Both the position numbers and the translations under genes were made by a program. The notes below the pieces were generated by a model. It saw only the letters and a program-made list of their open reading frames with translations, did no database searches and was not told the DNA's origin. Positions 18,130-27,100 of a stretch of 33,239 nucleotides of DNA are shown here, in pieces; the first letter of the stretch is position 1; each line of letters opens with the position of its first letter. Source of the DNA: Aquirufa sp. (lineage in GTDB: Bacteria > Bacteroidota > Bacteroidia > Cytophagales > Spirosomataceae); the NCBI GenBank assembly GCA_046070715.1, contig JBJTMW010000164.1, positions 1 to 33,239 on the forward strand, read 5' to 3'.

Positions 18130-18570
18130 ATGCGTTTCACTCTCCTTTTAGGCTGTATAATCGGGATTTTGTCCTGTACGAACCAGCAAAAAGAGGCGAA
18201 CAATGCCACCGAAAATGCCATCCCGGCAGCCTTAAAACCGAGTGCAGAAAAGCACCCCATCCTGAAAGTGGATAATCCCTATGTTTCCTTAGGACGCTTA
18301 GTAGAGGGAGACAGTGTTTTTCACACCTTCAATTTTAAGAATACGGGGAATTTACCTTTGAAAATCATCTCCGTGAATGCGTCTTGCGGATGCACGACCC
18401 CTAAATGGAGCTCAGAGGTGATTCAACCCGGTAAAAAGGGATTCATTCGAGTAAAATTTGATTCGAAAGGAAAAGAAGGCAAATTGCAAAAATCCATTAC
18501 CGCCTACTGCAACACGCTACCAGCGGAAAACAGAATGGCCTTTAAAGTAGAAGTTATACCTAAAAAATAA
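18130..18570 (+). CDS. DUF1573 domain lipoprotein
   Basis: Lipobox ILS-C; FKNTGNLPLKIISVNASCGCTTP motif. Confidence 0.9.
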   Translation: MRFTLLLGCIIGILSCTNQQKEANNATENAIPAALKPSAEKHPILKVDNPYVSLGRLVEGDSVFHTFNFKNTGNLPLKIISVNASCGCTTPKWSSEVIQPGKKGFIRVKFDSKGKEGKLQKSITAYCNTLPAENRMAFKVEVIPKK

Positions 18571-18574
18571 ACAC

Positions 18575-18874
18575 ATGTTATTATTACAAGCACAGAGTCC
18601 TGCGTACATGCAAATCATCCTTTTTGGAGGTATTTTTGTCGTATTTTATTTCTTTATGATTCGTCCACAGCAAACGAAGGCGAAAGAAGCCAAGAAATTT
18701 ATTGAAGAATTGAAGACAGGTGACAAAGTAGTAACCATCGGTGGTGCCCACGGAACGGTAGTTACGATTCGCGAAAAGACGATTGTAGTCGAAGTAGATT
18801 CGAGCAAAGGCGTTCGCATGGTTTTCGAGAAAACAGCGATCTCTAAAGATGCTTCCTCTCGCTTAGAAGAGTAA
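18575..18874 (+). CDS. yajC: Preprotein translocase subunit YajC
   Basis: FYFFMIRPQQ...LKTGDKVVTIGGAHG. Confidence 0.96.
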   Translation: MLLLQAQSPAYMQIILFGGIFVVFYFFMIRPQQTKAKEAKKFIEELKTGDKVVTIGGAHGTVVTIREKTIVVEVDSSKGVRMVFEKTAISKDASSRLEE

Positions 18875-18878
18875 TTGA

Positions 18879-19481
18879 ATGGATACAGGCCTGAAACCTT
18901 TCATCGGAATGACAGGCGGAATAGGATCCGGCAAATCGACCATTTGCCGGATTTTTTCGTGTTTAGGGATTCCCGTTTTCGAAGCGGACAAAGTGGCTCG
19001 CGAAATTTGCGAGAAAGATGCCGCTGTGAAAGAGGCTATTATCGCGGAATTTGGCCCAAAATCTTATCTTCCAGATGGTTCCTATAATCGAGCTTGGATC
19101 AAAGGCCTCCTACAAAAATACCCCGGGGATGTCGCTCATCTGAATGCTATTATCCATCCTGCCGTTCGGGAAAAAGCCGCGGAATGGATTTTACATGCGC
19201 CTCAAAATGCCCCATTTTGTCTCTACGAATCCGCCCTCATCACACCCCGTACGAAGCCAGAACATATCTCGCAGATGATCACCGTGGATTGTCCCTTACC
19301 TGAACGCATTCAAAATGTTCAAAAGAGAAGTCGGATGAGTTATATGGAAACGATGCAGATCATTGATCTGCAACCACAACCTAAAAACTACCTTTGGGGA
19401 GCTGATTTTGTCATTCAAAATGGGAAGAACGACCGCGTTTTTCCACAGGTGATGAACATCTTGAAAGCATTTGGGAATTAA
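18879..19481 (+). CDS. coaE: Dephospho-CoA kinase
   Basis: IGMTGGIGSGKST, ADKVAR, LNAIIHPAV, ESAL and ADFVIQN. Confidence 0.93.
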   Translation: MDTGLKPFIGMTGGIGSGKSTICRIFSCLGIPVFEADKVAREICEKDAAVKEAIIAEFGPKSYLPDGSYNRAWIKGLLQKYPGDVAHLNAIIHPAVREKAAEWILHAPQNAPFCLYESALITPRTKPEHISQMITVDCPLPERIQNVQKRSRMSYMETMQIIDLQPQPKNYLWGADFVIQNGKNDRVFPQVMNILKAFGN

Positions 19482-19501
19482 GGCGTAAAAAAGTAAATTT
19501 G
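19470..19501 (+). promoter_or_regulatory. Consensus Bacteroidota promoter TTTG-N20-TAAATTTG for dnaX
   Basis: TTTG at 19470-19473 and TAAATTTG at 19494-19501, only 3 nt before ATG 19505. Confidence 0.7.
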
Positions 19502-19504
19502 ATC

Positions 19505-21298
19505 ATGGAAAATTTTATTGTTTCAGCGCGTAAATACCGTCCTACCCTATTTGATTCAGTGGTAGGCCAAAGTCACATTACCACCACACTTAAAAATGCG
19601 ATCAAGTCCAATCACTTGGCACAAGCATTCCTTTTTTGTGGCCCGAGAGGGGTGGGTAAAACGACTTGCGCTCGTATTTTAGCGAAGACCATTAATTGCC
19701 AAGATTTAGGTGCGGATGGTGAAGCGTGCGGTAAATGTACATCTTGCCATTCTTTCCAGGAAAACACCTCTTTAACGATTCACGAATTAGATGCCGCTTC
19801 GAATAACTCGGTAGAAGATATTCGTAACCTGATCGATCAAGTTCGCTATCCTCCTCAAAACGGGAAATACAAAATCTATATCATTGATGAGGTTCACATG
19901 CTTTCAGCTGCGGCCTTTAATGCTTTTTTAAAGACCTTAGAGGAGCCGCCTTCCTACGCCATTTTCATTTTAGCGACAACGGAAAAGCACAAGATTTTGC
20001 CTACGATTTTATCACGTTGCCAAATCTTTGATTTCAACCGCATTCAATGGAAAGATATGGCGTCTCACCTTGCTGGAATCGCGGAAAAAGAAGGGATTAC
20101 GGCGGAACCGGCGGCTTTGGAATTAATTTCCATCAAAGCCGATGGCGGTCTTCGTGATGCACTTTCGATGTTTGACTTAAATGTGACTTTCTCCACAGAC
20201 AATGCGCTGAGACACGCGGATGTACTGGAAAATTTACACATACTAGATAGCGATTATTACTTTCAGTTAACGGATTTCTTTGTGAATCAAAACCACACAG
20301 ACGCGCTCGTTTTATTAGACGAAATTATGCGTAAAGGTTTTGATGGTCAGCAGTTTATCGCTGGCTTATCAGAGCATTTCCGCAATTTGTTATTTGCCAA
20401 AGATCCGAAGACGCTTGCCTTAATGGAATTAAGCGAAGAGAATCGAGCGAAATTTCAAACGCAATCCGCGAAAACGTCTGCTTCCTTTTTATTATCTGCG
20501 ATGAACCTTTGCTCCCAATGCGAGATTCACTACAAAGCAGCAAAGAACGCGCGTTTACACGTCGAATTGACCTTATTGAAAATAAACTATTTGCCGTCGG
20601 TTTATCAACCTACCGCATCTCAACCTGCGGTGGAGGGTGGCGCCGGAAAAAAGTCTGAGTCTAAACCGATAGCTGCGGCTGCGGTTCAAACGGCTCCGGT
20701 AGCTGCGGCTCCGATAGCAGCGGCTCCGACAGCTGCGGTTGTTGCGGCAGCTGCGGCAGCAGCGGTGGCTCCAGTGCTTGAAACAGCTAAGCCAACTCCT
20801 GTAATTCCAGTTTCTGCTGATACACCCAGACCTAGCAGTCACGGATTACGAAGTGCCAAGAAAGTAGTTAGTACCAGTCAAGCTGATCATGCGGCAGAAG
20901 TACTTGCGCAGGGGAAAATTCAAAATGAACCATTCACCTTTGAGGAACTCCATTTGGTGTGGACTCAAATCGCCCAAGGATTCAAGCAAAGCAATTTCAT
21001 CAACAAATATGTGATGATGAACCGCGAGATTAGTCTAATCGATTCGATTATCCATATCAAGGTGGAAGGTGAAGTGCAGATGCAACAGTTTAATGATTCA
21101 CTAAAGCTAGAATTGCTAAGCACTTTGCGCGAGAAATTGAAGAATGATACCATCGATATCAGTTTGGATCTGATGGCGGGAGAAGTTTCGGATAAAAAGA
21201 TGATTTATACGCAATCGGATAAATACGATTTTCTGTCACAAAAGCATCCCATTCTTGTCGAAATGAAGCAGCGCATGGGCTTAGATTACGAATTTTAG
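19505..21298 (+). CDS. dnaX: DNA polymerase III subunit tau/gamma (597-aa tau; predicted 384-aa gamma by -1 frameshift)
   Basis: SARKYRP, GPRGVGKTT, zinc-binding Cys cluster, ELDAASN, IIDEVHML, TILSRC and HVELTLLK, then an Ala/Pro linker and a C-terminal domain. Confidence 0.97.
   Translation: MENFIVSARKYRPTLFDSVVGQSHITTTLKNAIKSNHLAQAFLFCGPRGVGKTTCARILAKTINCQDLGADGEACGKCTSCHSFQENTSLTIHELDAASNNSVEDIRNLIDQVRYPPQNGKYKIYIIDEVHMLSAAAFNAFLKTLEEPPSYAIFILATTEKHKILPTILSRCQIFDFNRIQWKDMASHLAGIAEKEGITAEPAALELISIKADGGLRDALSMFDLNVTFSTDNALRHADVLENLHILDSDYYFQLTDFFVNQNHTDALVLLDEIMRKGFDGQQFIAGLSEHFRNLLFAKDPKTLALMELSEENRAKFQTQSAKTSASFLLSAMNLCSQCEIHYKAAKNARLHVELTLLKINYLPSVYQPTASQPAVEGGAGKKSESKPIAAAAVQTAPVAAAPIAAAPTAAVVAAAAAAAVAPVLETAKPTPVIPVSADTPRPSSHGLRSAKKVVSTSQADHAAEVLAQGKIQNEPFTFEELHLVWTQIAQGFKQSNFINKYVMMNREISLIDSIIHIKVEGEVQMQQFNDSLKLELLSTLREKLKNDTIDISLDLMAGEVSDKKMIYTQSDKYDFLSQKHPILVEMKQRMGLDYEF
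20632..20686 (+). other. Putative -1 programmed ribosomal frameshift cassette in dnaX
   Basis: GGAGG (20632-20636); in-frame A_AAA_AAG (20647-20653); -1 frame GTC TGA (stop 20656-20658); hairpin AACCG-A-TAGC-TGCG-GCTG-CGGTT (20664-20686). Confidence 0.75.
20666..20740 (+). repeat. Degenerate 15-bp tandem repeat (5 units) encoding PIAAA/AVQTA/PVAAA/PIAAA/PTAAV
   Basis: CCGATAGCTGCGGCT, GCGGTTCAAACGGCT, CCGGTAGCTGCGGCT, CCGATAGCAGCGGCT, CCGACAGCTGCGGTT. Confidence 0.8.
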
Positions 21299-22542
21299 CG
21301 GATTTGGCCTTGACCGATTCCGATCCATTTTTCGGTCACTAATTTCTCCAAAGCGAAAGGGCCGCGGGCGTGCAATTTTTGGGTAGAAATACCAATTTCA
21401 GCCCCTAGACCGAATTCTCCTCCATCCGTAAAACGCGTAGATGCGTTCCAGTAAACGGCAGCTGCATCTACAGCCGCTAGAAAATAATTTGCCTCCATGG
21501 CATCTGAGGACACGATTGCCTCCGAGTGTCTAGAAGAATAAGTCGAAATATGTTCGATGGCCTCAGGTAAATCCTGCACCACTTTGATCGAACAAGCAAA
21601 GTCTAAGAATTCACGACCAAAATCCGAATCAACCGCTTTTTCAAGGAAGGGATACGAAACCTGCGCTAAAGCTTCAAAAGCCTTATCGTCCGCATAAATC
21701 TTCACCGAATAGGCTTGCAAAGGTGCAGCCACTAACCGCAGAAACTCATCTGCAATCGATTGTTGTAACACGATGGTATCTAAGGAATTACAGACAGATG
21801 GGCGTGAAACTTTGGCATTCACCACAATATCTACCGCCATCGCAAGATCTGCCGAAGCAGCCACATACGTATGGCACACACCAGCACCCGTTTCAATCGT
21901 AGGCACTAAGGATTCCTTACGAACTCGTTGAATCAAGGCCTCAGACCCACGCGGTATAATCACGTCAATGTATTTAACTGCTGTCAAAAGCGTCGTCACG
22001 TGCGCTCGATCCGTAGGCATCAAATAGACCAAATCGCTCGAAAATCCATGCTTTTCGAGCGCTAAGTGAATCAAATGAACGAAAATCGTATTCGTACGAA
22101 TGGCATCTGATCCACCTCGTAAAACCACCGCATTACCAGAGCGAATGCAAAGGGCTGCTACGTCGATAGTGACATTCGGGCGGGATTCGAAAATGACCCC
22201 CACTACTCCTAAAGGCACTGTGATTTTGGACAAGTTAAGTCCATTCGGAAGTGTTTTCTTCGATAAAACCTGCCCTGCTGGATCGGGTAATTGCATGACT
22301 GACAGCACACTAGCCGCTAATGCTTCTAAGCGATCTTCCGTCAATAAGAGGCGATCACGCATCGGATGATCGCTGGTCATTTGGTCCAAATCCTGTCTAT
22401 TTCCGTGGAGAATTTCCGCAGAATGTATGCGAATTAAAGCAGCCAAGCTAGCCAAAACCTCATTTCGCGATTCTCCACTCGCCATCGCTAGAGCAGAAGC
22501 GGCAAAACGGGTACGTTGAAATTGAGCTAGAATAGAGGACAT
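21295..22542 (-). CDS. proA: Gamma-glutamyl phosphate reductase
   Basis: VPLGVVGVIFESRPNVT, IIPRG, PSVCNSLDT and NASTRFTDGGEFGLGAEIGISTQKLHARGP. Confidence 0.97.
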   Translation of the reverse strand: MSSILAQFQRTRFAASALAMASGESRNEVLASLAALIRIHSAEILHGNRQDLDQMTSDHPMRDRLLLTEDRLEALAASVLSVMQLPDPAGQVLSKKTLPNGLNLSKITVPLGVVGVIFESRPNVTIDVAALCIRSGNAVVLRGGSDAIRTNTIFVHLIHLALEKHGFSSDLVYLMPTDRAHVTTLLTAVKYIDVIIPRGSEALIQRVRKESLVPTIETGAGVCHTYVAASADLAMAVDIVVNAKVSRPSVCNSLDTIVLQQSIADEFLRLVAAPLQAYSVKIYADDKAFEALAQVSYPFLEKAVDSDFGREFLDFACSIKVVQDLPEAIEHISTYSSRHSEAIVSSDAMEANYFLAAVDAAAVYWNASTRFTDGGEFGLGAEIGISTQKLHARGPFALEKLVTEKWIGIGQGQIR

Positions 22543-24194
22543 TAGCGTACTATTTTGATTTGCTGGACCGAACCCTCGTCCGTTTTCCAGGATAGCAGAT
22601 AGGTGCCAGTATAGAAGGCAGATAAATCAAGTGATTGAATCTGCTCTCCTGACCCAAAATTAGTGCTTTTAGGGGACAAAATCATCCGTCCCATCGCATC
22701 CGAGATAAAATAGGTCACTAAGCTGGGCTTGTCTAGACTAAATTTCCATTGAAATTGCCCTGATGATGATGGATTAGGAAAGACAATGGCTGAGGTATTT
22801 TCCTCGCGAATGGCTAAAATAGGGCTATCAAACACCGCCATTTGGGCATCTAACCAAACCAAACGTCCTTGAATCCAATTTTTCAACCAGCTTACCTCAT
22901 CACTCAAAGTCGCACCTACATAATAATTAGGCCAAATTTTCTTTCCCATCAAGGGAAATTTCTGAAAATTACGTGTTAATGGATCTTTCAAGGCCACTTG
23001 CGCCGAATCAATCGTCGCATTGATCGAATTCGTATTCAGGAAGGTTGCACGAACCTCCTTCCAGCGAGTGGCCAAAGCCTTGCGGAAACTCGCATCTTGC
23101 ATTAATTTATTCCACCAAAAGGGTACTTGCCAATAATCATTTTTGCCTCCGTCATTCTCCATCGCTTTGTACACAAAACCATCCGTCTTCCAGCCATTCA
23201 AATAATCCGCATTCCCGAAAGCAATATTAAAATCCCAGGCGGGGCCCATTTTGATCTTGCCCCCTAACGATTCCTTGTCTTTGTACAAATAGGTGCTCAG
23301 GCGATAGCCATCCACATTTCGGGTAGCTTCGTTCAGAATAAAATAATTCACGAACGAAGAAACATCCATATAATCACGGAAACTTGCCTTCGGGTCGTTC
23401 ATATCCTGAGTCATCAATTTCTGTTCCCAATTATTGATATAATCGCGGATATAAATCAATTGCTGCTGGGTGATGATGCCATATTGAGGATACTCGATTT
23501 GAAATTCGCACTTTTGAGTGGCGCTGATTCCAGAAGTATAATTACTTTTCCACGTGGTGGATGGCGAACCACTCGTTTTATCAATTTTCAACAAATAGCC
23601 CCCCGTCACATCATCTCCCGCATTTTCAGTAGGATACAAATCGGAAATAGGCACCCGATTCTTCCCTTGCTTAATTTTCTCCATTAGGATGTACACCCCG
23701 CGGTATTCGTCGTTAATGATGAGCTCCACAAATTTCGCGTTACTATGCAATAAACCTATTTTGCCTGCCAAAGACTGCGCTATAAAGTCCCGCATAAAAG
23801 AGCGGTCATTATAGGAGGCATTCAGCACCCAATCGGATTCTTCGGGCATTTGAACCAGCGACATTTTCTTCGCTTTCACACCCGTGGAATCAGTCCACAA
23901 CTCGATTCCATAAGGCTTCTTGACATAACCGGGCAGGAAATAAAAATCAGCCTGAGAGGTAGATCCGCGGTATTCGACCCCAGCAACCGTCGAAATGGTA
24001 GGCGAACTAGATACTTGATTTAATTGACCTGGGCCATTATCAAAAATCTCCATTTGAACCGGGATTTTAGGCTCATCCTGAATGACACGCGTTTTCGTAT
24101 TAAATCGAACGATGGGCAGGTTGGAGACGCTGAGACTTTGGCCATAAAAAAGAAAGGGCAACACTAGCAGGAAGAAAATCAGGCGTTTTTTCAT
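22542..24194 (-). CDS. CotH-kinase family protein with T9SS C-terminal sorting domain
   Basis: Signal peptide; RGSTS, KKPYGIEL, DWVLNA, YRGVYILMEKI, NVDGY and GPAWDFNIAFG. C-terminal VFPNPS...GTYLL...IKIVR is a type A CTD-like sequence. Confidence 0.9.
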   Translation of the reverse strand: MKKRLIFFLLVLPFLFYGQSLSVSNLPIVRFNTKTRVIQDEPKIPVQMEIFDNGPGQLNQVSSSPTISTVAGVEYRGSTSQADFYFLPGYVKKPYGIELWTDSTGVKAKKMSLVQMPEESDWVLNASYNDRSFMRDFIAQSLAGKIGLLHSNAKFVELIINDEYRGVYILMEKIKQGKNRVPISDLYPTENAGDDVTGGYLLKIDKTSGSPSTTWKSNYTSGISATQKCEFQIEYPQYGIITQQQLIYIRDYINNWEQKLMTQDMNDPKASFRDYMDVSSFVNYFILNEATRNVDGYRLSTYLYKDKESLGGKIKMGPAWDFNIAFGNADYLNGWKTDGFVYKAMENDGGKNDYWQVPFWWNKLMQDASFRKALATRWKEVRATFLNTNSINATIDSAQVALKDPLTRNFQKFPLMGKKIWPNYYVGATLSDEVSWLKNWIQGRLVWLDAQMAVFDSPILAIREENTSAIVFPNPSSSGQFQWKFSLDKPSLVTYFISDAMGRMILSPKSTNFGSGEQIQSLDLSAFYTGTYLLSWKTDEGSVQQIKIVR

Positions 24195-27100
24195 CTAAAA
24201 ATCGTATCCTAACGTCAGGTAGGTAACCGGAGATTTCACTTCCTTGTTTTCTAAGCCAAAAGCATAGTCAAATTTCACAAAATAGCCGAAAACAGTGGCC
24301 CTCGCCCCAAAACCATAGCCAACCAAGAATGGATTCCGGTAATCCGTCACCGTGGCCTGGAAAGGATTCGTATTTCCACCATACACATTTGTGTTAAATC
24401 CATTGGTTTTCGCGAAAGGACTTGAGCCAGACCAAGCGGTACCCACATCCGTGAAACCCACTAATTGAACCGAATTCAGCAAGGAGGAGGATTCGATGGT
24501 CATTAACGATTTAATCGGCATTCTCAACTCTACATTCAAGAGTAAATGGCTATTTCCACTCAGTTTGTTTAAAGCAAAACCTCTCAAAGGAGCCGCAAAT
24601 TGACTCATAAAGACATCCCGATGCGCTAAATTCCCTAAGCCTACAGGCGAATCTTGCGTTCGCGTTTCTTGCTTGTTAAATAACCAATTCTCCATCCCGC
24701 CTAACATGGTTGCCTGAGTTTTAGATCCCATTTGGTGGGAAGCAGAGAAACGGGTGGCCAAATAAAACGAATTAGAAAGTTTCTTATAATAGCGCGCATC
24801 CACTCCTAAACGCACAAAATCGCCCGTATTCACGAGATCTTTATGCGCTTCCGCTAGAAAGCTAAGCCGCATTCCAGTCCGCAAGTTTTCACCGGCAGCC
24901 ACCGTATTATCGAATACATAGTTTATTTGCGTACCGGCATACCCCGAATAGTCCTCCGGATTCGTCAAGGAATATTGTGAAAACAAGCGATTAGTCGAAT
25001 ACATTCCCGTGACAGACAGGCGACTCAACAAAGTAAAAGGATAGGTCGCGCTTAAAGCAAATCGGTTAAATCGAATCTTTTGTGCATCCGATTCCGTATC
25101 CTGAGCGAGTACTTTTCGGTCATACCGAAACGTCCAATCCAGCTTATTCGCTAAATAGCTGTATTCCCCCCAGATATCAGTGTTACGTAAATTAGCGGTC
25201 AAAAATGCCCCCGCTTTGAATAAATGATTTTCCAATAAATCATTCGCTTTCACCTCATATCCATACCCTAATCCCCTAATCGGATCTGACTTAAACTGCC
25301 CTTCCGAACTATTCATCACGAACGAATTTTCGTAGTCCAAAGGTCCAATTAATTTCCCTGGCTCCTTTTTCAGCCGTATACTTTGTTGTCGTTCTAATCG
25401 AGCTCGACGGGTCTTCTTCGCTACATCAGTGGACTCGGTCACCACCGGATCAACCGTGCTAACCACCACCGGATCAACAATACTGGGAATCCAAGCCGAA
25501 TTAGTCAATTCATCCAAACTGGACCAAGTATACCGGGCGATTTTGTCTGCCAAAATCATCCGCTCTCTGCTTGAAATTCCAGCAGGAGCTAATTCAAAAT
25601 TTTCCCATGCCACGGAACGCAGAGCCATTTGCTGAAAAGTGGTATCAGGCAAATGCAGGCGAATGAGACGGTTTCCATTGTTTTGGGCTTGTAAAAAATA
25701 GGCCACCGAATCCGAACGAAACTGAAAGTTAAAGACCTTTCCAGAAGTAGAAAACAGGCGAGTTGGATTCTCCGGCTCCTCCGGACTCCAAATAAAAGCA
25801 GAAGTAAACGGAGCCGCAGGAGCTGGCAAAGAATCAATGTAGCGATCTGTTAAATACAAAATACGGTTATCAGACATCCAATGGGCTTCCGTCTCATCAA
25901 ATGCGTCTTTTGTCACAGGATTCAATCGATTCCGTTTCAAATCGTATATCCCTACATCCACCTGGCCCTTCTCCAGCACGCGAACGAGCATTTTAGTTCC
26001 ATTTGCAGACATTTCCAGGTCCAAGTAAGACAAGTTCGCAACCTTCTTTTTGTCATCGCCTTTCGCCTTGCCTGCCTTATCTACTGTAAACTGTTTGATC
26101 CACGTATAGCCTTGATCGGAAAATAAAACCGCTAAAGAATTCTTACCATACCAAGATAGCAAAGGCCCCTTCCCATCAGAAACGCGGTTCACATCTTTTA
26201 AGCCCGATTGCAAAATAAGGGTCGATTTAGGAGCGCCAATGGTATGTAAATACACACTAAATCTTCCTGCGTCATCGCTCACCCACACTTCATGCAATCC
26301 ATCCGGACTCAAGCGATAGGAGTTCATGGTAGCGGAAGTCGCTGTAAATTCATCATTCGAAAAGACTTTTTGAGAATTTACTTCTAGTTGCTTCGCGTCG
26401 TTTAAATAGTAGTCAAACCAATCTTTTAAAAACTTCGAAAAGGGTTTGCGAATAGTACTCGAAATGCTGGATTGTTCACTGCGAATAATACGAGTCAAAT
26501 TCACAATATTCCCAATCGCCTGTTTTCCATACGTGGCGGCTAGGTAGGTCCAAATCGATTGTCCGAGCAATTCTGCTTCTTTTCCCTTAGCCAAAGGCAG
26601 TTTACGAATCTTATTTTCGCTGATGATTTGGTAGGTAAAACGACGCATTTCGGGGGAATCGCCTACCGCAATATAAGCGGTTAAACCTGACACATACCAT
26701 TCCGAGACATTTAACAGAAAGGAACTTTGAAGCACATCCTTCACACTCCCGCCATATAAAAGATCGTGTAAATATATGGCCGCAACCTGCTTCGTTAAGG
26801 CTTGCTTAAAAGTGGCTAAATTATCTCTAAAGGCAATTTCGATCCGAAATTTGGACAAATTCTCTTCTTCTACATCCTTCGAATTTGCCAGCGAAATGCC
26901 CCCATTGCTTTGCAACCAGGTTTCGTGATTCGGATAGATAAATACCTTGATTTTTTGTACCGGAGTATAGGAAATCAACTCAGTCACGCGCACAAAATCT
27001 GTTTCTAAATAGGCCAAAGTAGACTTAGCTAAAGCCTCGTTTTTATCTAAATAATAGACCTCAAAATTTGAACTACCTACGTATTTCCAAGCGAATTTTT

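Noticed and set aside
18875-19303. Alternative-frame ORFs over coaE suggesting a frameshift
   Set aside because: coaE is intact in one frame with all motifs; no slippery site is needed.
20647-20652. Transcriptional slippage (Thermus-type) as the dnaX mechanism
   Set aside because: The A-run is only 6 nt, shorter than the roughly 9 nt typical of polymerase slippage; the context fits ribosomal -1 frameshifting better.
20666-20775. Possible CRISPR array
   Set aside because: Units are 15-nt in-frame tandem repeats without unique spacers, and there are no cas genes.
25440-25478. 15-bp direct repeat CACCACCGGATCAAC with 24-nt period
   Set aside because: Short in-frame duplication (VDPVV twice) in a low-complexity linker; no sign of a target-site duplication or mobile element.
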